DNA from: Azolla caroliniana
Taxonomy: Eukaryota > Plantae > Polypodiophyta
Reading direction: 5' to 3'
DNA length: 64,000 nucleotides
Assembly: GCA_043228905.1 (NCBI GenBank)
Contig: JBHGNT010000002.1
Span: 1,426,001-1,490,000 of the forward strand
The notes under the pieces were generated by a model. The model was not told the DNA's origin and did no database searches. It was given only the letters and a program-made list of their open reading frames with translations. This document shows positions 25,601-37,514 of the stretch, in pieces (the first letter of the stretch is position 1; each line of letters begins with the position of its first letter). The translations under genes were made by a program, and so were the position numbers.

Positions 25601-28041
25601 CCAAATCAAGAGGTCTCGTTTCTCTTGGTGCTGATGTCGGGTGTGATGCGGCTGCTTGTTTGCCATACTGGCAATGCTCGCAGAATTGATGGTCCGAGAA
25701 GGAGAGTTTGGGGATGTATCCGGCTCTAGATAGGTGCGTGATGCCGGCCTTGCTGAGGTGTCCTAATCTTCGGTGCCATAGTGATGACACAGGAATATCC
25801 ACCAAAAACAGGTTACCCTCTCTGAGCGTAACATGTAACGGATACAGGGAGTGTATCTTGGGTCCTCTAGCAAGCAGGAGGTTCCCCCTGTGGAGTGTCC
25901 ACCCTCCCGAAGAAAAACCGGCACGAATGCCGTCTTCATCTAGTTGTCCGACTGAGATCAATGGCCTTGAGAGCTCGGGTACATGTCGGACATTGTGGAG
26001 TACAAGTGTAGAGCCACCTGCAAGGTTGAGCTCTACTGTGCCGATTCCGATGATGTCACAGTGTTGTGAGTTGCCGACTCGAACTGAGTCGGAGTGACGG
26101 ATCGTATATTGCCGAAATTGGGATCGATGAGGAGTCACGTGAAATGACGCGCCCGAATCTAAGAGCCATGTGCTCGATTCTTCAGTCGTGAGTAGAACTT
26201 CTGATCCGACTGGATTTTCGATTGATAGTATATTCGGGTCGTCCGGTAGTACATCAGCTGAGAAGCTGACGTAATTGATCTCCTCATGCCGGCCACTCTT
26301 CTTGTTGTTCTTGTTCTTGAGTGCGCGGCAGTCGGCTTTGATGTGTCCGGGTTTCTTGCAATAGTTGCAGATTCGGTTATCCCGTGACTGGCTCCGTCTT
26401 CGCTGATTGTTCAGCGGCCGTGAGGAATCTCTTCCTCGTATGTTCGATCGGTCTGTCGAACCTTGTACTACGTAAGCGTCGTCTGTTGAGTCTTTGGCGA
26501 AAGACTTTCTCCGAGCTGCTTCGGTCAGGATTGCGCTCGTGACTTCGGAGTATTTAACAGCCGTGGTTGACGCGTTGCACACGGTTGTGACGAAAGTTTC
26601 CCATGATGAGGGAAGGCTGCTCATGAGTATCATTGCTCTGAGTTCATCCTCGATTGCCGTCCCCTGTGACGAGATTTGGGAGCTTATGCTTTCGTACTCA
26701 TTGAGGTGTGCTTGAACCGAATCGGATTCTTTCATCCGCAAGTTGTAGAGGCGCCGGATCAGAAACATCTTCGTTGCGGCGACCTTCTTTTCGTAAGTGT
26801 CCGACAGTGTTTTCCACAGTTCGAATGCTGTCGTACACGATTGCACCGTAAAGTATACCGATTCCGATAGGTGCATCCAAATCGTGGCGCGGACAATTCT
26901 GTCCAGCTTCTGCCACTCAATTGGTTTGTATCCTTCTGGAGGTTCTTCATTTTCGATGGGATCGATTTGCCCCTTGACTATGAGATAGTCCTGCATTTGT
27001 TCCTTCCAGAAGTTGAAGTTCGATCCATCGAACTTTCGTAGACTCATTTCTGACGAGCCGGATGTTGATGCCATCAAGTTCGGTTTTGGTTGACGAAGCT
27101 CGGTTCGGAGTTGACTACGAACCTTGTTGGAGTGCAGCCAGTTGGCTCACCCGATATCGTTCTAGTCGGATTTGAACCCGAGTCGGTTCGGCTTCGGAGC
27201 TTGCTTGAATTGACTCCGGTAACTTGAGGGACAGAACCGACTGGTCTTCCCGAATGTTGCCGAGTCGGAGTGAGCCCGGTTCGCTTCGGATATATATGCC
27301 GAATACCGATTATTGAAACCGATTATCTGGACCGATTCTGCTTCGGGTGGCTGCAGCGACGAGAGAGACAGATCCAACTGATCCTCCCGAATGTCGATCA
27401 GCCGGATGAAGCGCGAATTGGGGTTGTTGTCTTGAGACCGATCTGCACCGAGTGGTTACAACGAGCAGCGAGCAACGTTTAATGACCTTTTCGGATGCCG
27501 TTTAACCGAGTGGAGCGCGATCGTGTCAATGTTGCACAAGGGGATTTCACCTCGAGCGTTGCGATCACAAGGAACGGAGTACAACCGGCTGGCTTACTCC
27601 AAGCGAAGAGGATCTAACGCGAAGAGATGCAAGCCTCGTTTTTCTTCTTCTCTCTTCTTCGAATGACGCAGGAAACCGAATGCTGTGCAGGCTGAGACGA
27701 CAGCCGACAGCGGATTGAAGGACCGAATACTGTGCAGGCTCTGATACCAGATGTTGGAGACAAAGTCGTCTGTGCGGAAGATCAAGAAGCATTCGATTGC
27801 TGTTGAGTACCTGCGTATGACAGTTTGTAGGTCGTTGCACAGAGAGAGAGAGAGAGAGACAGAGAGGCACAAAAGACTTTGTCTTATTCCATAAAGCAAT
27901 AATACAACACCCAACCTTACAAAGAGGTTACAAGGTCACTATATATAGTGACCGACTTAGGGCAACTACCCTTTATGCTAATTACATAAATGGCCAAAAC
28001 GGGATAGTGTGAATACGTCCATTATACACATGTATTCGACA
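22576..28041 (-). mobile_element. Copia D: intact, very young Ty1/copia element inserted in the gag of C
   Basis: LTRs at 22576-22867 and 27752-28041 differ only in the (AG)n tract; TSD CGGGG on both sides; minus-strand PBS TGGTATCAGAGC at ~27738-27749; PPT GGGGAAG next to 22867. Confidence 0.97.
23061..27074 (-). CDS. Copia D Gag-Pol polyprotein (~1337 aa, uninterrupted)
   Basis: CNYCKKPGHIKADC, WLLDSGASFH, VHSDVCGP..RTDNGGEF, IIYVDDML, YTDSDFAG..STTEAEY. Confidence 0.96.
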   Translation of the reverse strand: MASTSGSSEMSLRKFDGSNFNFWKEQMQDYLIVKGQIDPIENEEPPEGYKPIEWQKLDRIVRATIWMHLSESVYFTVQSCTTAFELWKTLSDTYEKKVAATKMFLIRRLYNLRMKESDSVQAHLNEYESISSQISSQGTAIEDELRAMILMSSLPSSWETFVTTVCNASTTAVKYSEVTSAILTEAARRKSFAKDSTDDAYVVQGSTDRSNIRGRDSSRPLNNQRRRSQSRDNRICNYCKKPGHIKADCRALKNKNNKKSGRHEEINYVSFSADVLPDDPNILSIENPVGSEVLLTTEESSTWLLDSGASFHVTPHRSQFRQYTIRHSDSVRVGNSQHCDIIGIGTVELNLAGGSTLVLHNVRHVPELSRPLISVGQLDEDGIRAGFSSGGWTLHRGNLLLARGPKIHSLYPLHVTLREGNLFLVDIPVSSLWHRRLGHLSKAGITHLSRAGYIPKLSFSDHQFCEHCQYGKQAAASHPTSAPRETRPLDLVHSDVCGPMPHQSLGGASYFVTFIDDSTRKVWAYPIRTKDRVFSIFTDWLAMVENQTDRKLKCFRTDNGGEFKSEEFVKFCRQRGIRREFTAPHSPEQNGIAERMNRTIQERTVSMLQHSGLSDGFWAEALLTAVHIINMSPSRPLGLQIPQELWIGSKPNYDKLRIFGCEAYALIPKDDRRKLAPRSRKCIFLGYGSDGEMGYRLWDPERRQIVRSSDVVFNESAMNPSVEKPIEVRRVTFSDVPTLQEGPAHNTRSASRVAEPYTTDSNNPDSAQQNNPLSDHPTLIPDATSPILPRRSERLSQPSERYSPGIFFTDAGEPTSYEEASTSVDSATWHLAMESEMHSIRANKTWDLVELPRNRRALPCKWVYRLKETSDSTTPKYKARLVAKGFRQEYGVDFDEIFSPVVKMTTLRFLLGVVAADNLELIQLDVKTAFLHGDLEEEIYMEQPKGFVATGQAHLVCRLRKSLYGLKQAPRQWYKKFNDFIQSIGFSKSDEDHCLFTNTAQDGSPIFLIIYVDDMLISGRHAGELADLIRQLRLKFAMKDLGPARHILGMKISRHRDKQHLFLSQTDYTRRVLERFNMQSAKSASTPLPMNLRLSQRDCPTSGPEGEDMKSVPYAPAVGSLMYLMVATRPDISHAVGVVSKFMHNPGRSHWNAVKHVFRYLAGTKDHGILFGPNRTSGVVGYTDSDFAGCIDSRKSTTGYCFKFGNGAISWKSKLQECTATSTTEAEYVAASDAAKEALWLGRLAHTFRQVDHDSAPVVYSDSQGAVALSKNPVHHNASKHIDVRYHFVRDCVISGKIGLEKISTTDNVADGMTKCLSADRFRSLRHQMGVTTNQSG

Positions 28042-28865
28042 CGGGGTGTGGACGAAGCGACGAGGCTAGATTTTTTTTGTCGAGTGGTGGCCGTATCAAG
28101 GTACGAAGAGGTCAAGGAGCTCTGAGAAGCTCACGAATCGTGAGAGTCCTTAGAGGGAGCTCTATTGGAGGCGTACGGGTACGCGGAACCGGAAGGAAGA
28201 GGTCGACATGAGTTCAATCGGTGGGTGGCATCGGCGAGGCGTCATCGGAGCGTGATGGAGGCATTCCGAGAGTTCGAGTGTCGTTTCTCTCAACTCTCGA
28301 AGTGGGAACGGAGATCGGTAGGGGGGAAAAAGTCCTCCTATTTTTGAAGATGGTCCATCATGAGGAGAGGATGGACATCTTATTCGAGCTTCAAGATGAT
28401 TATGGAACAAATGGTCTCACCGAGGAGTGGTCCGAAGTGGAATGGCTATGCCGACAACATGATGCGAGGTGGTCGGCCACAACACGGCCCGCGAGCGGTG
28501 GAGAAGAGAGAGCGGCGAGTGACTACGCACTACCGCCAGAAGAGAGCTCAATGCAAAATGGTTCGGAGGAGCTTGACCTAGAAGCACTAATACGGGAGGC
28601 ATGCGGGCTTGTGAAGGCGAAAATCGAAGCCGAAGAAGGGCTTATTATGGAGTCGGGCCGGAGGCAATCGGAGGATGCGGAGGAAGAAGCCTCCCTAAGC
28701 ATAGAAGACGGGGCCTATACGGAGGCCGCGAGAGCGTATGACGACGACATGGGAGAGGGTGTGGAGCAAGTGACCCTCTTGCCTTGCGGTGAAGGGACGA
28801 CCATGGAGGCCGATAACTACGGCTTCGGGACATGGTGGCCCGAAAGATCGAGTGGGGAAGAGACA

Positions 28866-29420
28866 AGCGGCGGTGCCACGACCTTACACACACCGACCCT
28901 AGAGGCTCTGGCGGTCGGCCCGAGTGCCGACGTGAGACCTAGAGCGATGGGTGGTGGCGGTGGCAAGGTGGGCAACCGAGACGACGACATGGAAGAGACG
29001 ACGGCAAGCGTAATCGAGGCTTGCGTAATCAGAGGCGGGGTAGCCGCGAACAACGACGTCCGGACGGAGGCAGCTACAGACACAATGAGCGGCGGTGCCA
29101 CGACCTTACACACATCGGCCCTAGAGGCTCCGGCGGTCGGCCTGAGTGCCGGTGTGCGACCTAGAGCGACGGGCGGTGGCGGTGGCAAGGCGGGCAACCG
29201 AGACGACGCCATGGAAGAGACGGCGGCAAGCGTAATCGAGGCTTGCGCGATCAGAGCCGGGGTAGCCACGGACGACGACGTCCGGACGGAGGCAGCTACG
29301 GGCACAACGAGCGGCGGTGCTCGGTCCTTACCCACACCGCTCCTAGAGGCTCCGACGGTCGGCCCGAGTGCCGGCGTAAGACCTAGAGCGACGGGCGGCA
29401 AGGCGGGCAACCGTGACAAC
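28866..29420 (+). repeat. 222-bp (74-codon) in-frame tandem repeat, ~2.5 copies, within element C
   Basis: AGCGGCGGTGC unit starts at 28866, 29088 and 29310; protein repeat SGGATTLHT..LEA.AVG.SA.VRPRA.GG...GNRDD. Confidence 0.9.
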
Positions 29421-32400
29421 GACGAAGATTGTAGCGGACAGAGGCAAGACCCCTCGACACCGGGGCCGGAGACTACGACGGTTGCACTCGGATGCCAACA
29501 TAAGACTGGAGAGAAGGGCGGTGGCCGTGAGGAGGTGTGGCCTGGAGCGGGCACATACGAAGAGGATGCGAGGCCCGGAATGGGCATATCCAAAGGTACC
29601 GCAGGAGAGGCCGGGAGTGGCAACGAGGAGAGAGTCGGGAACCGACCCGACCGGAAGTTGAACCGGTCGGTAATCCGAACCGACCAGAAGACGATGCGGA
29701 AGAAGATTGGAGCAGGGGTCGGTCAACTGGGCCCAAATGGAAGAAGAGCCGGCAAGGCCGGAATTGTTTTTCCGAACCCTTACCGGCCGGTTACGATCAC
29801 GGAAGGGAGCTGACCAAACCAGAACATGATCGATTGGGACCGATACGGGCAAGGGCTATGCCGGCATGATTGCAGGTCGAGGACTACGGGTCACAACACC
29901 CAATGGGAGCCAGTGAGCGCGAGAAGGAGGCCAAGCATGCACGAGGAGTACGACTCGGTGGGAGGCCGAGAGCGAGAGGAGCCCTCCACATCTATCCTTG
30001 AGACTTTGGCGGTTGCGGATCAACGTAAGACCAAAGAGACGGAGGGTGGTGGCGAGGAGTCGGAAGCCGGAGCGGACGAGGATACCAGAACGGGTATCCG
30101 ATACGGAATGGCGGACGAGTGGGGCCAAGACGATAAGCCGGGGTCAGAAGGGGCTACGACAACGAAGGGAGAAGAGGCCGACGCGGAGGTCGGGACTACA
30201 ACGGAAGAAGCGTGTAACAGGAAGCATGCATTACGGCGAAAAACGGAGCATGCACTACGGACAGTGAAGGGCCAAGAAGCAAACATGCATCCGGAAGAGC
30301 GGCAATGAGTGATCGGAAACGGCGGACCGGTCGAGCCTTTGAGAGGCAAGCATGCAGCAAGAGACGGAGCGGTGACTTGCCGGGATCAGCGAATGAACGA
30401 CGAGAGCGGAGGATGGTGTGCGGAGAGCAAAGAACTACACACCGGGGAGAGAAAAAGCGGCGTCCCGGAGGGCATGCGGGGCCAAGCGGGCCAAGAGGAT
30501 GTGAGTCGGGATGAAGCGGTAACGAGAGCCACGAAGGACCCCGACACAAAGGTCGGGATGACGATATGCTCTACTACGAGAGAGCATGGAGAGCAAGGGA
30601 GAATCGAGGTGCGCGTAATGGGGTCACCTAAGGACCAAAGAATGAGCGTGCATTCGGAGGAGCCGCAACGAGTGATCGATGATGACGGTCGGAGGAAACC
30701 TTCGAGAGGCAAACGCGGGACGACGGACAGCGCGACAAGACGCCAAGATCGACAGAACGAGACGAGCGCGATCGCCATGAACGAAGGATTCTGTCTGGGG
30801 AAACAAAGGAGATGTGTGGAGAACGGAGGGTCACGTACCGTGAAGGGCAAACGAGGCATCCCAAAGGATGTGTGCGGCTGAGCGGGCCAAGCGGACCAAG
30901 AGGGTGTACCTCGGGCCGAAGCGGCAACATAGGAGGTTGTGGAGGACGCCGAAGACGAGAGCACCGACACAGATGTCGGGGAAACAACGTACCTTTTCGA
31001 AAGGGTACACAGAGCGGAGCGGAGTTCGAGACGTGCGATGTGGCCGCGTAAGCGCCGAGCGCCGAGCACGAGGTTGATTGACGACGAAGTTCAGTGCGCG
31101 ATAGTGCCGAGTCGAGGAAGCGGCCGAGGCAAGACAAGTGTGGACGAAGAGCACACGGTGCGATATCCGGCAAACAGTCGGGAAGAACGAGGATTTGGTC
31201 CAAGGTCGCGCGCGGAAAATGAAGGAAGACAAAGAGAGGTGTGCGAAGACCGGGTCTAGCGGACCAGGCAGAGACAGTGGTTCGGCGAACTTCGTCGAGT
31301 ATGGTGGATCGGATGGAGCTGGCGGTTCGAGAGCGTATAACAGATATGGCAGACCGGGAGGCTACGGTGGTCCATGTGGGGCGGATGGGCTTGCTCGAAG
31401 TGGAAGACGAAGTCGGGTAAAGTTGACAAAGACGCTAAGGACTCGATTGATCGCCATGGCCGAAAATCTCACCTCTTTCCCCTTCTTGGCACATACCGGT
31501 GGATGTGCGATTTGGTGGGGCAGTTGTCGTAAAGATTTTCATCCATAGGGGGAAACCAGGGTCCCCTTCTTGGCACTTGTTTACGGCTTAAAACAAGTGT
31601 TGAGAATTTGGTATCAGAAATTTGATACTTACATCTGATAGCTTGGCTACCGCCAATCCGACTCCAACCCATGCATGTATATTCGATAACTAGCCGATGA
31701 GTTCCAGATCTATTTGATCCTATACGTTGACGACGTGCTGATTGCACAGAGCAATCAAGCCGAAATCGGAAAGCTAAAGCGGAGCCTTCACGACAAGTTC
31801 ACGATAAAGGAACTTGGATAAGCTCGACACATACTGGACATGAGGATCGAACGAAATCGGAAGACAATGACTCTCTTACTCTCCCAATCCGACTACATCC
31901 GAAAGTTACTGAGGTGCTTTGACATGGAGAACGTGAAGCCAACACCAATATCGCTTCCGACCTTGATCCGACTATCGAACAGAGACTCTCCTTCGACGGA
32001 TGAGAAGAGGGAGCTCAATGGAAAGATACCCTACGCATCGGCCGTAGGAAGTATCATGTACGCGATGGTGGTGACCCGACTTGACCTTGCATATGTCGTA
32101 GGGGTCGTCAGCCGATACATGTCGAAAACCCAGAATGGAAGCACTGGGAGGTCGTCAAACACATCTTCAGATACCTATGGGGCATTGAAGATGCACAACT
32201 GACCTTCGGATCGGCAACCCCAACCAAAGTCGTGACGGGAACTTGTCGTTCCTTATGCGCAAGACTCGGCCACAACCGAAATTCTTTTCATACACAGAAA
32301 ACGGGAAATAGAACACGACACAAAGAAGAGAAATGGTACACAGGAGGTTAACGTGGAAAACCCCAAACTAGGGGAAAAACCACGGCAGCCCACAGGCTGC

Positions 32401-32971
32401 AAACTGTCACTATGTATGAATGTACAAAACAGTGGGTACACGGAGGCAACGACCTCGGACTCACGATCTTCGCCACAGGCGGCGGTTACAACAGAGGCAA
32501 CGACCTCTTTCTCTCTCTCTCTCTCTATGTACACTATTACGTGCTCTCTCTTCTTCTTGCACCAACAAGAAAAATGACAACTACGACTGGACTCAAAGTT
32601 TGCCCTAAGTCATATTTATACTAATATGACTTTTCGGCTATTTACAAATGTAGCCTCGATGGGCTCTCAGAAACATATTTACGAATATGTCTCTTCATCC
32701 GGTTCTCATCGGGTCTGTACCACTCGGCTCTCCGTAGCCGGGTATTCCTCATCCGGTCTTCACCGGGTCTGTATCATCCGGCTCTCCGTAGCTGGGTACT
32801 CCTCATCCGGTTCATACTGGGCCTATATCATCCGGCTCTCCGTAGCCGGGTACTCCTCATCCGGTTCACACCGGGCCTGTATCATCCGGCTCTCCGTAGC
32901 CGAGTTTGTTCATTGGCACTGTTCTTCTTCCTTCCCATCCGGAGGGACCTGTTTCCCAACAAACTCCCCCT

Positions 32972-35900
32972 TCACTCCGGCATGGGGTGTCTTACCAGCC
33001 CGATCCTCTTCCGGCATGCGTCCAGCTTGTCGGGTGTCAACACTTTGGTCAGCATATCTGACCCGTTCTCGGCCGTGTGGATCTTCGTCAGTGCGAACAC
33101 CTGGTCATCTACTCTTTCCCGGATCCAGTGATACCTCCGCTGGATATGCTTCGTCCGGGAATGGTAGGCCGCATTCTTAGCAAGGTGGATGGCACTTTGA
33201 CTGTCGCAATAGAGTCGGAATTCCTCTTGCCGTTTACCGAGCTCTCCGATGAAGTCCTTCATCCATAAAATTTCCTTGCCGGCTTCCACAGCCGCCATGT
33301 ACTCCGCCTCCGTGGTTGACAATGCAACCGTCTTTTGCAGCCTCGACTGCCACGAAACAGCTCCCCCTGCATATGTCATTACATACCCGGATGTAGACCG
33401 GCTGGTATCCACATCAGCCGACATGTCCGAATCGGTGAAACCGTCCAGTTGAGGTTTTCCGGAGCCGAATCGGAGACACATATTTGAAGTGCCCTTCAAA
33501 TACTGGAGTATCCATTTGACCGCGTTCCAGTGCTCCTTGCCGGGATTACTCATGAACTGGCTCACCACTCCGACTGCGTATCCTATGTCCGGTCGGGTAC
33601 AAACCATTGCGTACATCAAGCTCTTGACGGCAGAGGCATATGGAATCTTCATCATATCCGCCTTCTCTGCTTTCGTCTTCAGGCTTTGCTTACCAGACAG
33701 CTTGCAGTTTGCCGGAAGTGTCGATCCGACCGGTTTTGCTTCTGACATGTTGAACCGGTGAAGCACCTTTGTCACATACTTCTCCTGTGACAGCCATAAT
33801 TGCTTCACTGACCGGTCCCGAATGATGTGCATCCCCAGCATCTGTCTTGCCGGACCCAAGTCTTTCATTGAGAAGATCCGGTTGAGAGCCTTCTTCAGCA
33901 TCCGTATTTTGACTTGGTCCCGTCCGACGATCAACATGTCATCCACGTACAGGAGGAGTATCAGGAAGTCCCCTCCTTCGAACTTCTTCACAAACACGCA
34001 GTGATCGGCCTGCGTCTTGTGGTACCCTTGATCGGTCATGAAGGAGTCAAACTTCCGATACCATTGCCGAGGAGCCTGCTTCAGTCCGTATAGGCTCTTC
34101 TTCAACCGGCATACCAGGTGCTCCTTCCCTTTCTCCACAAATCCTTCCGGTTGCTGCATGTAGATCTCCTCTTCGAGGTCGCCGTGAAGGAATGCCGTCT
34201 TCACGTCCAGCTGCTCTACCTCGAGGTCCATGCTTGCTGCTATACTCAGCACCGTTCGGATGGAGGTCATCTTTACTACCGGGGCGAATATCTCGTCGAA
34301 GTCCACACCCTTCTTCTGCTGGAACCCCTTCACCACGATCCTGGCCTTGTATCTCGGGGGTTTGCCGGCATCTCCCGGTTTCAACTTGTACACCCACTTG
34401 TTTCGGAGTGCCCGCTTTCCTTTCGGCAGCTCCACCAATTCTTACGTATAGTTCTCATGCAGGGAATCCATCTCATCCTGCATAGCACTTAACCATTTTC
34501 GGCTGTGGGTGTCTTCCTTCGCTTCTTCGAAGCTTTCCGGCTCCCCCTCATCGGTCAGCAGAACATGCTCTGCATCCGGAAATCTCCGGGGCGCCCTTCT
34601 CTCTCTGAGAGGATATCTACGTCTTCGGGCTTCGGTAACCGGCTCCTCCATTTGCTCTTCATCCGAATCCGATTTGGGGACTTGACCGGTTCCGGTCTCA
34701 GCTTCCTCTACTTCTTCTTCTGCCGGTTCGGTATCCTCACCGTAACCGGCTGGTTCCTCGAGTGCTAACCGGTCTCTTGCCGGTTGGGTCTGCTCATCGT
34801 AGAGTCGATCCTTACCAGTCGACTCAGAGTTCATTATCTTCTTCTCCGACTCCCAGTTGGCGAGCGTCTTGTCCTCCATGAAGATAATATCTCGACTCCG
34901 GAATACCTTCTTGTCGACCGGGTCCCACACTCGGTAGCCGAACTCATCGTCACCGTAATCGAGGAATATGCATGGCCGGGTCTTTGGATCTAGCTTTCCT
35001 CTCCGGTCCTTAGCTACATGCACGTACGCGAGACACCCGAACACCTTCAGATGCCGGTAGGATACTTCCTTACCGGTCCACACTCTCTGTGGCGTGTCTC
35101 CGTCCAAGGGTACTGAGGGTGATCTATTTATCACGTATGTCGCCGTCGACAGTGCCTCAGCCCAAAACTTCTTGGGTAGTTTTGCATGCGCTAGCATACT
35201 CCGGACCCTCTCCATTATGGTCCGGTTCATCCTCTCAGCCAGTCCGTTTAGTTCCGGTGTCTTCGGCACGGTAAATTCGAGCCGGATTCCCTTCGAGCGG
35301 CAGTACTCCTCGAACCGCCCCCGGTATTCTCCTCCGTTGTTTGCTCGAACCGCCTTCAGCTTCCGGCCGGTTTCTCTTTCCACTCTCGCGTGGAGCTCTT
35401 TGAAGACGGATAACACCTGATCCTTCGTCTTCAGCGGTGTGGCCCACAGCTTCCGGCTGTGGTCATCTATGAACGTCACGAAGTACTGCGCTCTGGCATG
35501 TGACTTCGTGTCTACTTGACACACATCCGTATGCACCAACTCCAGTGGTGCATTACATCTCATCGGTGGCCTTGGTCGGAAGGAGGTACGGTTCTGCTTA
35601 CCGGCCAGACAATCAGTGCACTTCTCTAAGTGCACGTTCTTCACTGGAATGAGGTTGTCGTCTGCAAGCCTCTTCATCCCCTTCTCGCTTATATGACACA
35701 ACCTCTTGTGCCACAGCTCACCGGCAATGTCGGATGCCACGTTCACTTCTTCCGGGCATAACCGAGCATTCATCAGGTACAACGTGTTTATCTTCCGGGC
35801 CCGAGCCACAATCAGGCTCCCTTTGCTGAACTTCATGACCCCGTTCCGGATGCTACCCGTGTAGCCTTCATCATCTAGCCGACCGGCTGATATCAGGTTC

Positions 35901-37018
35901 AGACGAACCTCCGGAACGTGTCGGACATCCTTCAACAACAACTTGCATCCGGTTGGTGTTGACAGCCACACGTCTCCTATGCCGATAATTCGGCATGTAC
36001 CTTCATTCCCCATCCGGACACAGCTGTGGTCACCGGTTGAGTAGGATGAGAAGCATTTCCGGTCCGGGGTAAGGTGGAACGACGCTCCGGAGTCTACCAC
36101 CCAGGTCATCTCGTCGCCGGCAAGGTTTATCTCACTCTCCTCGGTGATGAGCATCAACTCTTCTTCACTTGCCGCGATTGCCGTCGTTCCCTTCCGGTCC
36201 GTCCCCTTCCGGTCTTTACCGTTCCGGTCCGGGGTTTGCTTCGAATCGGTACCGTCGGTTTCCTTGTCTTTACGGAAATGCCGACAGTTCTTTTGGAAGT
36301 GTCCCGGCTTGCCGCAATAGAAGCAAGGAGGCCTCCCCCTTGACTTTGACCGCGTCCCCGACTTCTCCCGGTTCTGGGGACTACGGTTTCTATGTCTTCC
36401 GCGTTCCGATTCGGTAAGGAGCGCTTTGGAGTCGGAGCTCGTATCTTTATCTTTCCGACGCGCCTCCTCATCTAGCAAGCTCGACTTTACTCTTGCTAGG
36501 GATAACCGTTTTCCTTCCGGCCCGACGTTGCCCAAAGTGACAACCAACGTCTCCCAGGTATCTGGGAGGGAACCGAGCAGGAGTAGCACTAATACTTCAT
36601 CGGCAAGAGGTACTTCCAATGACGTTGCCTGGTGTATCAGCCCCTGGAAGCTATTCATATGCTCCGCCATGCTGGAGCCATCTTGGTACCAGAGTCTTAC
36701 TAGCTTCCGGAATACCGAAACCTGATTAACAACATTTTTGTTTTGGAACATTATGCCGATCTTCTCCTAGAGCTCATGAACCTTGCTCTCTTCATTGAAG
36801 TTGTTGTACAGGCTCATGTCGATGAAGCACCGTATGTACGCCGTTGTCTTCATGTGCATCACCTCCCATATCGCAGCGTCGATTTTGTCCGGTCTCTTGT
36901 CCCCGAACTGAACCGGCAGCCAGAGGTCTTTAACAACGAGCATGTCCCTCATCTTCGACTTCCATACTGAATAGTTGGAGCCGGTGAGCTTGAACATGCC
37001 GCCAAATGATTCGTCCAT
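32972..37018 (-). pseudogene. Copia E gag-pol with two in-frame stops (36767, 34442)
   Basis: ORFs 36767-37132, 34442-36751 and 32972-34438 are one frame; all copia domains present; pol nearly identical to that of A. Confidence 0.93.
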
Positions 37019-37514
37019 TTTCTGTGTCGATTTTGCTCTGATACCAATTGACGGGAACTTGTCGTTCCTTATGCGCAAGACTCGGCCACAACCGAGATTC
37101 TTTTCATACATAGAAAACGGGAAATAGAACACGACACAAAGAAGAGAAATGGTACACAGGAGGTTAACGTGGAAAACCCCAAACTAGGGGAAAAACCACG
37201 GCAGCCCACAGGTTGCAAACTGTCACTATGTATGAATGTACAAAACAGTGGGTACACGGAGGCAACGACCTCGGACTCACGATCTTCGCCACAGGCGGCG
37301 GTTACAACAGAGGCAATGACCTCTTTCTCTCTCTCTCTCTCTATGTACACTATTACGTGCTCTCTCTTCTTCTTGCACCAACAAGAAAAATGACAACTAC
37401 GACTGGACTCAAAGTTTGCCCTAAGTCATATTTATACTAATATGACTTTTCGGCTATTTACAAATGTAGCCTCGATGGGCTCTCAGAAACATATTTACGA
37501 ATATGTCTCTTCAT

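Larger units (their letters stand above)
22385..29813 (+). pseudogene. Element C gag (22385-22575 joined to 28047 onward) fused to a long acidic/Gly-Ala-Thr-rich extension
   Basis: FNGNEVPNFLRAYNAEMTERG|VDEATRL..., FREFECRFSQL, KVLLFLKMV, GLTEEWSEVEWLC parallel P1 gag (FSGKDAMKYLASYGAEM, LREFEERFARL, RVLLFVKSV, GLTTDWTAVKRVC). Split by D; stops and a frameshift are present. Confidence 0.75.
21824..31562 (+). mobile_element. Element C: non-autonomous gag-only Ty3/gypsy derivative related to P1/G/I; interrupted by D; 3' LTR truncated
   Basis: 5' LTR TGTCGTGAAG...ACGCCA at 21824-22346; PBS TGGTGAACTCGACGTGAA at 22351; gag similar to P1 gag; PPT-like TGGTGGGGCAG; first ~37 bp of the LTR repeated at 31525-31562; no PR/RT/RH/IN motifs seen. 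Confidence 0.85.

Noticed and set aside
28817-31232. Long antisense ORFs in element C as an env-like or accessory gene
   Set aside because: GC-rich repeat-derived shadow frames; no signal peptide, clear TM segment or domain motif seen.
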